A stretch of 64,000 bases of DNA. It comes from a virus. Positions 26,966 through 37,137 of the stretch are shown in pieces. Made by a program: the position numbers and the translations under genes. The stretch spans positions 18,961-82,960 of the IMG/VR virus record IMGVR_UViG_3300020200_000015; one strand, 5' to 3'. A model generated the notes under the pieces. That model saw nothing but the letters and a program-made list of their open reading frames with translations, made no database searches and had not been told where the DNA came from. Positions within the stretch are counted from its first letter, which is position 1. Each line of letters begins with the position of its first letter.

Positions 26966-29900
26966 CGACGTCTGAGCCTCACTTCCAACTCCCTGATCGT
27001 CGCGTTCACTCTGTCGTTCAGAGCCGTTGTCGCAGCCTGAACAATCTTACGGATATCAAACTCTTGGAGTGAAGAAGCAGCGCCAGTGCCGGTACCACTC
27101 TGCTGAATTTGAATGTTGATGTTTTGCGGCTGCGCGTTGATATTGACATCGATATTCTTCTCAATGACTTGCTGCTGACCATCTCCAACATTAGTTTTAG
27201 CTTGCTTGATGTTATCAATCAAGTCTTTTATGCCAGAGCTGATTGTAGCATTGAACTCCTTCGCAGTCGGCACGAGGCTGCGAACTACCGCTGCAAGATT
27301 CGTAGCGGCTGTACTGAGGCTATTTTGCAAAGCCTGCCCGGCGTCTACTATCTGCGTAGCTATAGCGGCACCTGTGGCGCTAAGAGCCTGGCTGACACCG
27401 GTAGTCGCCTGCGTTATGTTCGTGGCTACAGAAGCAGATGATGCGGCCAGGTTAGCACCTGTCTGCGTACCTGCATTTGTGAGCTGAGTCGCCGCAGTAG
27501 TGTTCATCTCTCTGATCGCTGTCATAACAACGTTGAGCATCTCTCTGAGAGCGCTAACTTCGTTGTCATCGACAATGCTAGCACTTGTAGCTACTTTCAG
27601 CTGTCCACTGAGTGCTTGAGCCAAACTCGACCAGTTATCAGCTACTGACCCTGTCCCGCCATTTCTTATGGCGGCTAACATATTGTTGGTGCTCTCACTA
27701 AGCCGTGAGCTGCCGATGTCGAATACCTCAGCCCACCTATCGGCTACGCTCGTCAGTGCTATTTCAGCCTGCTGCGCGGCAGTAAGGAATTTATCGGCTG
27801 GCGTTTCGGTATTTTGCTCACGCGCCTGGCTCATTAACATCTGCAATACATTTTCAATCGGGCCGATAGCAGCGCTAGCACCCTCACCATGAGCGCTGAT
27901 AAGAAGCCTGCGAAGCTGCTCGATTTGATCTTGCAACTGTGCACTATTAACAATCGGCTGCGAAATTATCTTCTGCATCTCAATCAAAGCCGCAGATGAT
28001 TCGGCAGTTGCCGTTATTATTTTGACGCTAGCTTCATCATAGATATCAAACAAGCTCTTCCGAAGTTCATCAGTGCCACTTCTTAATGATCCGCCAAGCA
28101 GATTTGAGATCGTTGGTGATGCTGTTCTCATTATTTTTTCAAGAGAAGAAATAAGGCTGCCGTCATCGAGCATTAGGCTCAGTCTGAAATCTCTCCCAAC
28201 ACCCATTAGAAACTCTTCCATCTTAAATTGAAGAGCTGCTAACTCTTCAGTAAATTGTGCAGATATTGCCTTTGAAAGAGATCCAGATAATCCTTCTACA
28301 AGTTGCTTCCTTATTCCATCTGCTACGCCCTTAACTGTTGTGCCGGGCTTAAATCCAACCGTGAAGGCATCTGATACAGAAGATTTGAGAGCTTCAGATA
28401 GATTCTTAAATACTTCATTTTCTACAGCGCTAAACTGCTTGATAATTTGATTAAATCTATTTGAAGCGACAATAACTGAAGATTCATTAAGCTCAACCTT
28501 CATGCCAACAACTTTTTCACCACTTTGTTCGAGCCAAATCTCGAGATCCTTAATCGCATCAGCAGCCTGGCCTTTATCGAATCCAGGTACTTGCTTGAAT
28601 TTTTCAAGGGCTTTTTTACTCGATTCAATCTGCCCTTCAAGATCTTGCAGAGTCTTAATTTGTTCCTGCAACTTCGCTTCAGCTTTAGGTAAAGCTTCAG
28701 CGTAGTTAAACGCACCGACTTCAGCACCTTTGAATAAAGTTTTAATAGCATTACCAGCAGTTCTGAATCTGCTGAAGCTAATCTCTATACCCCTATTTCT
28801 TGCAATCAACTCATCCGCCTTCGTGACGACTTCCTGGAAAGCCGGCTGAAGATCTTGCAGCGCACGCTGCCCAACGTCGCGATTACGAAAGAATAAAGGG
28901 CCGCGTTCGACGTGATACTGAAGGTCAGCATCAGGCCGACCAATGAATTCCTTGAATTCTAGGGATTCAGCGCTTAAATCACTAACCTGTTTACGTAGGT
29001 CGGTAAACCTTTCGCCTAATTCACGAACACTCGTATTCTGGGATTCAGTGAAGTTACTTGCTTGTTTATCAAGAGCCTCAAATACAGCAGTTAACTCTTT
29101 CTCATTTAATTCTCTCTTCATAAGTTTAGTCTGGGCATTCATTAGAATATGCAATGCTTCAGCAGCTTCATTACTGCCATTAGCCATGCTAACCAGAGCT
29201 AATTGGTTAGCATCAGCGGCAATTCTAGCCATGTACGCAGCTTTGCCAAAATCATTCAGAGCAGCGTATACTGGATTGATCGATGTGTAAAGTTTATCAA
29301 AGCCGTTATAAAGATCAACTATTCCGCCACGACCGCTGAATTCTTCTACTTGTCTTAGAAGTGCTATAACGGGATTATTTTCAGCTTGCTGTGCACTAGC
29401 TTGCCTATTCAAGGCATCAAATGCTTTTATATTCCTGTCGCCAAGCATTAGATTCGAAGCCGCCCTCGACACAGGCAAATCGCCTAGCGGCGCTGTATCG
29501 ACGGTTACTTTTACATTCAGTTTATTCTGAGTTATTTTCGCAAGTCTACCAAGCTCATTAGCATACTTAGCAGTTAGCGCAATGGCGTCAGAAGTTTCAC
29601 GCTGGTTTTCAACAAACCTATTATTGAGAACCTTGCCGCCTTCTTGAACCTCTTTGCTTGAAGAGAACAATGCATCATACGCTGCTATGAGACCCCAGAT
29701 AACTAATATAAGACCAGCAGCGCCGATAAGGATCGCTACCCATATAGGGAACGTAACTGCCTGAAATCCCAGAGCCGCTGCCGTTGCGGCAATAAAAGCA
29801 TTTCCGACTGCTGCCAATACACCGACTAAACCAGATAGCATAAGCTTCCAACCGGCTACTACATAGGATAATTGAGTGCCGAGCCAGGCTCTTTGGGCAA

Positions 29901-31998
29901 CTGTCAAGGCGTAAAAAGCCTGTTTTAATCCCGCGACAGCAAACGCAACGGTAATGACGCTCATCGTGAACGCGGCAAGTACCATGCCCATTCTTTCGCC
30001 TAATGAAAGCGAATCATCAGTAACCTTACCCCATATATCAACTGCCCTACTCGCCGTATAGAATGCAGCAGTCAATAACCCCAAACCAACTATCATTGGA
30101 CCCCAATTAACCAGCAACATATTTGCACGAAGCATAATGAAGAATCTTTTAGCATTGCTAGTTATGTTCGCCCACCATGTGGCAACAGCAAGATTCTTAT
30201 GTGCTAAGACAAGTTGATTGAACGCAGCAGCGACTAGCGCTATTGCTAACGTAGCTTTTGCGGCTGCAATGGCTAGATTCCAGAACATATCACCAGCAGT
30301 TGCGCCTTCTGCAAACGCAGTGTTGAGCGATTCACCGGCGCTCGCAGCTAAGTAGATCGCTGATGCAGCGTAGGATATTGCAAAGAGCGATCTCGCTAAT
30401 AGGACAGCTGATGTATTAGTTGTCCAGAGAACTGATGTCAGTGCATTGAATACGGTTACCAGCGAGTTAATATAGCCAGAAACCATTCTAAATCCTACGA
30501 ATGCCAACAAGGCACCAGTAGCGACAGAAGTGATACCTAGAACTATTGCTATAAGCCGTTGACCGAGCGTAGCATTTTCATCGAAAACAGAAGCTAACGA
30601 TTTGAGTCCTGATACGACTAAAGCTAGTGCGGCAGCTATCGCTAGCAGCGATACTCCAATCGAAGCAAATACCATGACGCCTCGCAGCACCATGATAGCA
30701 TATCTAGCAGCAACACTTGTTGCTGCTAATTGCGCAAGCGCATTGCTAGTTTGAGTGACAACAAGCCCATATGTTATGACTACAGCGCTTACTGCGAGCG
30801 TAGCTCCCACTAACCCAATGATCGCTGCAATTGATTTCGAGTTAGCAGCAGCAAACTCGTACATGCTAATAGCAGCCGACTTCAATGTCGGCATCACTGA
30901 TTTGATTGCATCATTCACATTTTGACCTATAACCGCTGAAGTATTGGCCAGTACGTTGCCAAGCTGCTTGAATTGTGAGCTTGTCGTGCTCTCGATTATC
31001 TTAGCTAACTTATCAGTCGTCCCAATAGCTGCATCGGACTCAGCTACGAACTCACGCACGCCAGCTTTCATCTGAATAAGTGTATTGATTGCGCGACCAG
31101 CTCGAATATCGAAAACTTCAATAAACTTACTCTGCCTTTCAATTGAAGTCATGCCGGCAGTTGCACGTTCAACTTCATCTAAGAAAGTAGCAAAGTCAGT
31201 TAGATTTCCTGAAACATCTGTGAATGCGGTGGGATCGAGACCTAACTTATCGATTGCATTTTCAATCTTATTGAATGCGTTCGAGATAGCCGTACCGGCC
31301 AGAGTGCCACGGAAGCCAGCCGTATTCAATGCACCAGCGAAACCGAATACTTCAGCTATCGGCAGACCGAGCGTTGTTGCTGGGCCAACTAAGAACTTCA
31401 GTGAATCGTTAAGGTTATTTAGATCGAGCTGATACTTCTGAACTGCTGCGGATGCAATATCGGTGATTTTTGCAACCTTCTCTGTCGGCGAGAGGAAGTT
31501 TAATTCTTGCGTTTTACCGAATGTATTTAAGAAGCTTCCAAGAAGCTCGGCGGCAACGGTAAACTCGCCCATTGTCGCAATGGCAAGTTTGTATGAACCT
31601 TGAACTGCATCAATTTGTTCTTTGACTGGGACGCCAGCCGTCGCAAGTCTGAACTGTGCCCTAATTATTGTTTCAACATCAGCGCTATAGTCTTGAGAAA
31701 ATTTTATAGCAGCAGCTTTAGCATTTCCTAAAGCAGTCTCAATGCTGCTAGTTATAGTCTCTGTTGCAGTCGCAAGTCGCGCTATAGAATCTTCGACTCG
31801 AGATGCCGACACTGCCATGGCTCCGAGCGCTGCATTTGCAGCAACTCCGATAGCTAGGAGGGATGCGTTAGCAGCCCTAGCTTCTAAGCTTAGGGTAGAC
31901 GCACTACCAGCTAGTCTAACCGTAGCATCAGATATCCTACGCAGGGGAGTTGCAGCATACTCAGCAACTCTGAACGCAACGAGGAAGTTAACTGCCAT
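26962..31998 (-). CDS. Tape measure protein
   Basis: 1678 aa and Ala-rich; TP901-type core (AGFRGTLAGTAI) and a long hydrophobic central region; follows the tail chaperones. Confidence 0.9.
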   Translation of the reverse strand: MAVNFLVAFRVAEYAATPLRRISDATVRLAGSASTLSLEARAANASLLAIGVAANAALGAMAVSASRVEDSIARLATATETITSSIETALGNAKAAAIKFSQDYSADVETIIRAQFRLATAGVPVKEQIDAVQGSYKLAIATMGEFTVAAELLGSFLNTFGKTQELNFLSPTEKVAKITDIASAAVQKYQLDLNNLNDSLKFLVGPATTLGLPIAEVFGFAGALNTAGFRGTLAGTAISNAFNKIENAIDKLGLDPTAFTDVSGNLTDFATFLDEVERATAGMTSIERQSKFIEVFDIRAGRAINTLIQMKAGVREFVAESDAAIGTTDKLAKIIESTTSSQFKQLGNVLANTSAVIGQNVNDAIKSVMPTLKSAAISMYEFAAANSKSIAAIIGLVGATLAVSAVVITYGLVVTQTSNALAQLAATSVAARYAIMVLRGVMVFASIGVSLLAIAAALALVVSGLKSLASVFDENATLGQRLIAIVLGITSVATGALLAFVGFRMVSGYINSLVTVFNALTSVLWTTNTSAVLLARSLFAISYAASAIYLAASAGESLNTAFAEGATAGDMFWNLAIAAAKATLAIALVAAAFNQLVLAHKNLAVATWWANITSNAKRFFIMLRANMLLVNWGPMIVGLGLLTAAFYTASRAVDIWGKVTDDSLSLGERMGMVLAAFTMSVITVAFAVAGLKQAFYALTVAQRAWLGTQLSYVVAGWKLMLSGLVGVLAAVGNAFIAATAAALGFQAVTFPIWVAILIGAAGLILVIWGLIAAYDALFSSSKEVQEGGKVLNNRFVENQRETSDAIALTAKYANELGRLAKITQNKLNVKVTVDTAPLGDLPVSRAASNLMLGDRNIKAFDALNRQASAQQAENNPVIALLRQVEEFSGRGGIVDLYNGFDKLYTSINPVYAALNDFGKAAYMARIAADANQLALVSMANGSNEAAEALHILMNAQTKLMKRELNEKELTAVFEALDKQASNFTESQNTSVRELGERFTDLRKQVSDLSAESLEFKEFIGRPDADLQYHVERGPLFFRNRDVGQRALQDLQPAFQEVVTKADELIARNRGIEISFSRFRTAGNAIKTLFKGAEVGAFNYAEALPKAEAKLQEQIKTLQDLEGQIESSKKALEKFKQVPGFDKGQAADAIKDLEIWLEQSGEKVVGMKVELNESSVIVASNRFNQIIKQFSAVENEVFKNLSEALKSSVSDAFTVGFKPGTTVKGVADGIRKQLVEGLSGSLSKAISAQFTEELAALQFKMEEFLMGVGRDFRLSLMLDDGSLISSLEKIMRTASPTISNLLGGSLRSGTDELRKSLFDIYDEASVKIITATAESSAALIEMQKIISQPIVNSAQLQDQIEQLRRLLISAHGEGASAAIGPIENVLQMLMSQAREQNTETPADKFLTAAQQAEIALTSVADRWAEVFDIGSSRLSESTNNMLAAIRNGGTGSVADNWSSLAQALSGQLKVATSASIVDDNEVSALREMLNVVMTAIREMNTTAATQLTNAGTQTGANLAASSASVATNITQATTGVSQALSATGAAIATQIVDAGQALQNSLSTAATNLAAVVRSLVPTAKEFNATISSGIKDLIDNIKQAKTNVGDGQQQVIEKNIDVNINAQPQNINIQIQQSGTGTGAASSLQEFDIRKIVQAATTALNDRVNATIRELEVRLRRR

Positions 31999-32036
31999 GG
32001 GCGGTCTACCCTAGATACAGGGCAGACCGCTTCAAG

Positions 32037-32220
32037 TTACTTATTCTTCCCCTCTTCCAGCTTGCGTTTCTCTTCTTCTAGCTGGTAGAAGGCGATCCAG
32101 AGGTGCAGTTCCTCTGATGGTATATCATCAAGATCAGACAGCCAGCAGTGTTTGTCTGATGCAAGTTGCATCATGACATACAACTCTGGCTCATTCTTCA
32201 GTCTTTTTCTCGCCTCGAAA
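32037..32220 (-). CDS. Tail assembly chaperone GT extension (frameshift product)
   Basis: Open frame overlapping the chaperone end, directly before the tape measure gene; EL.LWIAFY motif; no good independent start. Confidence 0.6.
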
Positions 32221-32592
32221 TTGCGAGTTACCGGCCAGTCCGCTATCGCGGAGAATTGCCTGCGCGACCGTGCTAACGGCACCAGCAGTCAACTCTTCTT
32301 CGAGGATGCTGACATCGTCAGGGCCAAACATCAGGCGGCGCTTGTCCTTGTCAGTGGGGTCGATCACGCAGTAAATGACCGCAAGAACTTCCATCTTCTC
32401 GGCATCGAGGTCAATCTGCGTTTCGCCGCCAGCGCCAGTTGTGATATTGGAGCACTTCTTACGAATCTCACGACGCTCAACCATCGACATTGGACGATAG
32501 AGAACGTCGCCGCCCCATTCAGAAACGAAGACAGTACGTGGATCGAGACCCTTCTTACTAAAGATCTCGGACTTTGAGATGAGCTTGCCCAT
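32191..32592 (-). CDS. Tail assembly chaperone (G-like)
   Basis: V.EWGG.V..RPMS..ER pattern; lies between the tail tube and tape measure genes. Confidence 0.75.
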   Translation of the reverse strand: MGKLISKSEIFSKKGLDPRTVFVSEWGGDVLYRPMSMVERREIRKKCSNITTGAGGETQIDLDAEKMEVLAVIYCVIDPTDKDKRRLMFGPDDVSILEEELTAGAVSTVAQAILRDSGLAGNSQFRGEKKTEE

Positions 32593-32627
32593 TTCGATTT
32601 GAATACTGACTATTTAAAACTTGAAAA

Positions 32628-32662
32628 CAAAAAATCCCTAGCGTGGCCAAACGCTAGGGATT
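32628..32662 (-). terminator. Intrinsic terminator after the tail tube gene
   Basis: 12-bp stem AATCCCTAGCGT/ACGCTAGGGATT followed by a U-run on the minus strand. Confidence 0.8.
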
Positions 32663-32671
32663 CTTCACTTC

Positions 32672-33388
32672 TCAGCTCGTGGCATGGATCTTAAAGAACG
32701 GCACGTTGTTCTCGATCAAGTCCAGCGGGCCACGACCCTGGAAGTCAACCGAGCGCTCAATCAGCGCATCGTAGCCGCCCGTGATTTCGAAGGACGGGAA
32801 CACCACCGTACCCTGGTAGTACGTGTTGACATGCTTCGGGTCAACCTGGAAGCGCAGGACGATGCGCGGCGCGAGGCCGGACAGCGTCTGAACTGCCTGC
32901 TTATACCAGAAATTATCCAGCACCAAGCCTTCCAACGAACCCTCGAAGCCCAGCAAGCCATCCTCGAAGCTTTTCCACGCTTCGCCCATGACTGTTGAGT
33001 CAACGGTGTCGGAGCTGATCGTGGCCGTGAAGTTGCGGTTGTCACCGACGAGATTGGCAATAGTCGTCAACGTCATCGACGTTGCCATAGCGTAGACACC
33101 CGAAAGCACTGACGGGTATTGGCCAAGGTGGATAGCGCCGCCAGCGTAGTTGACGAGGCGCGTCTGCGTGTTGATGTCAACACCGTTAGAGTCGTTCGCA
33201 AGCGCTGGAGTACCCTGGTTCAGACCAGTCGTGAACTGGATGAGCGTGTTCTCGCGATCGTATCGCCAGTTACGCGAACCATCAGCAACTTGGAAGACTC
33301 TGCCGCTAGGAACCATTTCGACGCCAGAGATCAAAGTCTCGGTCGTCGAGACTCTGATCGAGGCGTTTTTGCCGTGAATGCCTGCCAT
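32672..33388 (-). CDS. Major tail tube protein
   Basis: AGGAG RBS; DTVDST.MG..WK.F..GL..FEGS and YYQG...F.GRGPL; followed by a terminator and the chaperones. Confidence 0.8.
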   Translation of the reverse strand: MAGIHGKNASIRVSTTETLISGVEMVPSGRVFQVADGSRNWRYDRENTLIQFTTGLNQGTPALANDSNGVDINTQTRLVNYAGGAIHLGQYPSVLSGVYAMATSMTLTTIANLVGDNRNFTATISSDTVDSTVMGEAWKSFEDGLLGFEGSLEGLVLDNFWYKQAVQTLSGLAPRIVLRFQVDPKHVNTYYQGTVVFPSFEITGGYDALIERSVDFQGRGPLDLIENNVPFFKIHATS

Positions 33389-33465
33389 CTTAGTTCTCCT
33401 GACTGATTGCAGCTTTCATGGCTGCAATCGTGATCGTTTTGTGGTTACAGTGAGATATACAACTT

Positions 33466-34002
33466 TCAGTCCGCGTAGGCGTCAGAGATCATACGACGGA
33501 TCGCAGGCTGTGTGCCTGAGATGAGATCCATCGATTCACTCTCAGTGAGCAGCACCGAGCCACTCGTGGCTGGGAGGCCAACGTTATACTCTTCGAGAAA
33601 GAAGGTATGGAAATGGCCGCTGAGCAGTACGAAAATGCCTGAAGGTCCAGCGCCAGTCGTAGCGCCGCGCATGACAGTGACCAGATCGGCAAGAACGCCT
33701 GATGCAGTTGTGGATGCCGAAGAAATGTCAGGACCAGTAACCGTCGTCAGGTAGTTACTGGTAGCTGAAAGAAGGTTAGTGATCGCAGTGTCGAGGTTAT
33801 TCGACGCCGACGTCATGTTATTGATGAACGTCGAAAGCGACTTAACGGTGTCGAAGTCGTAGTCTTGCTGCTCAACAGCTGACACGAGCTTCGTGCGAAC
33901 TCCGCCTTGGCCTGTCAACAGCTCATCGTAGATGGCAATGAAAGAGCCGAGGTCTTTGAAGGTAGTGATGAAACCTTCAGGTCCGTTGGGGTTGCGTGGC
34001 AT
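33466..34002 (-). CDS. Putative virion structural protein
   Basis: S/T/G-rich; lies within the neck/tail operon. Confidence 0.55.
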   Translation of the reverse strand: MPRNPNGPEGFITTFKDLGSFIAIYDELLTGQGGVRTKLVSAVEQQDYDFDTVKSLSTFINNMTSASNNLDTAITNLLSATSNYLTTVTGPDISSASTTASGVLADLVTVMRGATTGAGPSGIFVLLSGHFHTFFLEEYNVGLPATSGSVLLTESESMDLISGTQPAIRRMISDAYAD

Positions 34003-34042
34003 TTAATCCTCAGTTTCTACTACACAGCTTTATACACCGCAT

Positions 34043-34612
34043 CTAGGAATCAGTTAGATTGACTCGTCCCATATTTTCGAGCAATGTGGCAGTGACATCT
34101 TTGAAAGCGGTCATTTCAATAGGTGTGATAGAAAGATACTTGCGATTTCCTTGATCTTTCGTATTCTCAGAACCAAAGAACTCAGAATTGCCGATGTCAA
34201 TTTGCATCGTACCAACGTTGGCGTAGTACGCACCGCTCACTGCCGCGTAGTCGTAGAGTGGCACTCCGATGCCTGAGGTGGCTGTGTTAACAGCCGAACG
34301 CAACGACTGCCGCATACTGGCAGTCATGTTCACCAGATCGGTGTACGATCGGCAACACAACTCGACATGAATAAGAATCTCTCGATCGTAGAGAATATTG
34401 CCTTGGCTAAACGGCTTGTCGCCATCACGAACCAAGACAACGCCAGCAAACGGCAGCGGTCTAGTGATTTGCTGATTGCCGAGTGTTCCAGGCGCAGGGG
34501 CTTTATCCCAGTCGAAGTCAGTGCTGACTACCTTAGAATCATTGAGGCCCGATACCGCCACTCCAAGGTAGCGGGTCATGCTCTTGCAAGCGTAGTCAGT
34601 GACTCTATCCAT
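34043..34612 (-). CDS. Putative tail terminator protein
   Basis: Synteny after the gp10-like gene; LPFAGVV motif. Confidence 0.5.
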   Translation of the reverse strand: MDRVTDYACKSMTRYLGVAVSGLNDSKVVSTDFDWDKAPAPGTLGNQQITRPLPFAGVVLVRDGDKPFSQGNILYDREILIHVELCCRSYTDLVNMTASMRQSLRSAVNTATSGIGVPLYDYAAVSGAYYANVGTMQIDIGNSEFFGSENTKDQGNRKYLSITPIEMTAFKDVTATLLENMGRVNLTDS

Positions 34613-35076
34613 TAGAACCTCTGCCCGCCAACTACACCGCCACCGCTAGCTTGCTTTCTGCGACCGAAGATGATGTCTTCCATCACATTCTTGTCGCGCA
34701 AGTGACGAACAAACAGTCTCTGAGCACGTTCAATCGCCCTAGCCAAGTAACGACCCCTGGTTTTGTGTTCAAACTCTTGCCGGCGACCGTATGGCACGCT
34801 AACTGTGAGTGCACCTGAAAGGATACGTTGTCGGCCTGACCCCGACGCTTCGATCCAATCGATCGAATTGATCAATTTGCCTGTGAGTCTTGGCGACCAG
34901 TTAGGAGTCTTTGTCAGCTTCTTAGCGTTTCGACCAGCATCATTTATTTTTTCCACGATGTACTCGCGGAGATTTTTGAGAGTGCTGTGCGCAGGCCAGC
35001 CATTCGGAGTTTCAAGCACCTTGATATCAAAGGCTCTGCCGTTGATGTTGCTAAAGCCGAATGTAGTTTTAGCCAT
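34612..35076 (-). CDS. HK97 gp10-like tail completion protein
   Basis: P.LTG.L.NSI, VPYG..QEF and YL.RAI. Confidence 0.65.
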   Translation of the reverse strand: MAKTTFGFSNINGRAFDIKVLETPNGWPAHSTLKNLREYIVEKINDAGRNAKKLTKTPNWSPRLTGKLINSIDWIEASGSGRQRILSGALTVSVPYGRRQEFEHKTRGRYLARAIERAQRLFVRHLRDKNVMEDIIFGRRKQASGGGVVGGQRF

Positions 35077-35515
35077 TGCGATCTAGCGTTAGGGCGAACT
35101 TGATGAGTATGGCGTTGCCTGCGATCTCAGTGACATCGCTACCGGCGACATAGTAAAGCCCGCTGGCCAACGGTGTACCCAGAGCAATCTCGCGGATCAG
35201 ATTGTTAGCGTACAAACCGCTGATGAGATCAAAGGGGTACAAAACCGAGGAGTCACCCACCTTCACTCGACCCCCTTGACCAAGTAAGGAATCGCCCAAC
35301 CTTATAGTTCCTACAACCCCGGAAACAGCCATCCACGAATCGGACTGAAAGTAGGTGACTTCCTCAGTAAATGTGTCAAGAATGCCGCTGGTTGCGTAAA
35401 CGCGAATGCGCGTAGGCGACCAGGCACCGTGAAAAACGTCACGCTCAAGCTCGGATCGAAGCAAATCGATCGAGTCTGAGATGTAGATATTCTGGTAGGT
35501 GCGATACCTAGCCAT
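35069..35515 (-). CDS. Putative head closure protein
   Basis: Synteny and size. Confidence 0.5.
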   Translation of the reverse strand: MARYRTYQNIYISDSIDLLRSELERDVFHGAWSPTRIRVYATSGILDTFTEEVTYFQSDSWMAVSGVVGTIRLGDSLLGQGGRVKVGDSSVLYPFDLISGLYANNLIREIALGTPLASGLYYVAGSDVTEIAGNAILIKFALTLDRNG

Positions 35516-36024
35516 CAGTACCTATGGTCAGGGCTGGTATTTCGGCGCACGGTCGAGTTGTCAAAGTTGCGCTGGTAGTGCGGCTGGACGGTGCTGTTGA
35601 AGTTAAGCATACCGCCCGTGCTACGCTCGCTGATGCCCTCAATCTTGGCAGTAAGCTGGCGCTGCCTAGCTTCACTATAGCGCTGCTGCAAGGCTTTGAC
35701 AACCTCAACCAAGTTCTGCGCTACGTTCGACGGATCGACAATCTCTTGATTAGCTTGCCACTTAATTCTACGCGCCTCGTCCTGCGCTATCTGTAAAATA
35801 GCATCAGCGCGAGCGATGAGCATACACCACGACTCTTGTAATGCATTCATCGACTCTGCATTAGCGGTGCCGTCAGTAGCCTCTGCTGCTGCATCGTCGA
35901 TGATGTCGAACAATTCCTCATCAGCAAAAGCATACTCACTCGGGCCAAGCGGCTGCCCGGTACGCTTGCTGTAGAAGTCTTGGATCTTACGACGAAGCTT
36001 CTGAACTTGAACTGTTGTAGCCAT
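35515..36024 (-). CDS. Putative head-tail adaptor
   Basis: LRRKIQD...FADEEL pattern and synteny. Confidence 0.55.
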   Translation of the reverse strand: MATTVQVQKLRRKIQDFYSKRTGQPLGPSEYAFADEELFDIIDDAAAEATDGTANAESMNALQESWCMLIARADAILQIAQDEARRIKWQANQEIVDPSNVAQNLVEVVKALQQRYSEARQRQLTAKIEGISERSTGGMLNFNSTVQPHYQRNFDNSTVRRNTSPDHRY

Positions 36025-36310
36025 CAGAGTGTCGGCACGGCGTCAGCAATCAATTCAAGATACTTCTGGTAGATTGCAAGCCCCATGTACATTTCTGATT
36101 CACTAGAATAATGAATGGCGTCTGGCCTCAAGATTGCCAACGACGAGAAATGTTGGGATGGTGGCCATATCTCAATTATCTATACATAGATGAAGCCGAG
36201 TGACCGGCAACGCCGAATCACCCAGCTTCATCTGCTGCCTAAAGCAGTTTCTCGCTGTTTTAGTGCTACCAGCCGTTAGCCAAAAGAGCGGCTGATACGG
36301 CTGATGAGCA

Positions 36311-36565
36311 TTAAACAGGCTTAGGGGGCTCTTGAGGCTTCACAGCCGGCGGTGCCCAAATATCGGTGAGCGATTGGCTGATGATCCAAACTGCACCGAG
36401 AAAGACAGCAGCAGCGAGACGGCACTCGGCGCGCACGCCTTCAAAGCCGACAGAATCGGCGTTGGCGATAGCAACAAGGCCGAGCAAAAAAATCATCGCT
36501 CGCTTGCTGTCAGCAAGCTCACGAAGCGTGTCCCAAAAGGGCGCGAAGATTCCAAGTGTTTTCAT
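36311..36565 (-). CDS. Small two-TM membrane protein, holin-like
   Basis: Two hydrophobic stretches, the first preceded by SKR. Confidence 0.55.
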   Translation of the reverse strand: MKTLGIFAPFWDTLRELADSKRAMIFLLGLVAIANADSVGFEGVRAECRLAAAVFLGAVWIISQSLTDIWAPPAVKPQEPPKPV

Positions 36566-36804
36566 GCGATGATCTTCCCAACTGCGACGATGGTTTGCAC
36601 GATTGCAATCACGTTCGCCAGTTTAACAGCGTTTGCCTGATTGGTTGCAATGGCATCCTTCAGCTCGACAATCAGTTTGTCGATCCGATCTTTGTCGATC
36701 TTGCTCTCGAAGATCTTTGCAGCCTGCTCAGGCGTGAGTTGTGAAAGGTCGTAGCTGCTATCCTGCCTAGCAGCGTTGATGGCATCATCCCAGGAAGGGG
36801 GCAT
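36562..36804 (-). CDS. Hypothetical protein with hydrophobic C-terminus
   Basis: GAGG RBS; overlaps the next gene. Confidence 0.55.
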   Translation of the reverse strand: MPPSWDDAINAARQDSSYDLSQLTPEQAAKIFESKIDKDRIDKLIVELKDAIATNQANAVKLANVIAIVQTIVAVGKIIA

Positions 36805-36812
36805 CGTTTACC

Positions 36813-37136
36813 TCACTTTGTAAAATCTTTGATCTCACGCGCCAGTTCTAACACCTGCTGCTGGAACTTGACAGGATCGATCACACCAGCAGTATTCAGA
36901 TACTGCACGAAGACAGTCATCAGATCGTTGAAGCGACGGCGATCTTCTTCAGCAGCGGCCATCACAATGGCAATCGTCTCAGGGCTGGGCTTGCCAGCCA
37001 TGAAGATCATCTGCCACTTGCCAGAGTGCTGGGTGAAGATCGTGTTGAGCTGGGCAGCAGCCTCTGTCGTCTTGGCGGCATCGACAGTGCTGCAACTAGC
37101 AAATGCGAGAATGAAGAGTGGAACAAACTTGCGCAT
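36813..37136 (-). CDS. Putative lipoprotein (spanin-like candidate)
   Basis: MRKFVPLFILAFASC lipobox-like signal. Confidence 0.55.
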   Translation of the reverse strand: MRKFVPLFILAFASCSTVDAAKTTEAAAQLNTIFTQHSGKWQMIFMAGKPSPETIAIVMAAAEEDRRRFNDLMTVFVQYLNTAGVIDPVKFQQQVLELAREIKDFTK

Positions 37137-37137
37137 A

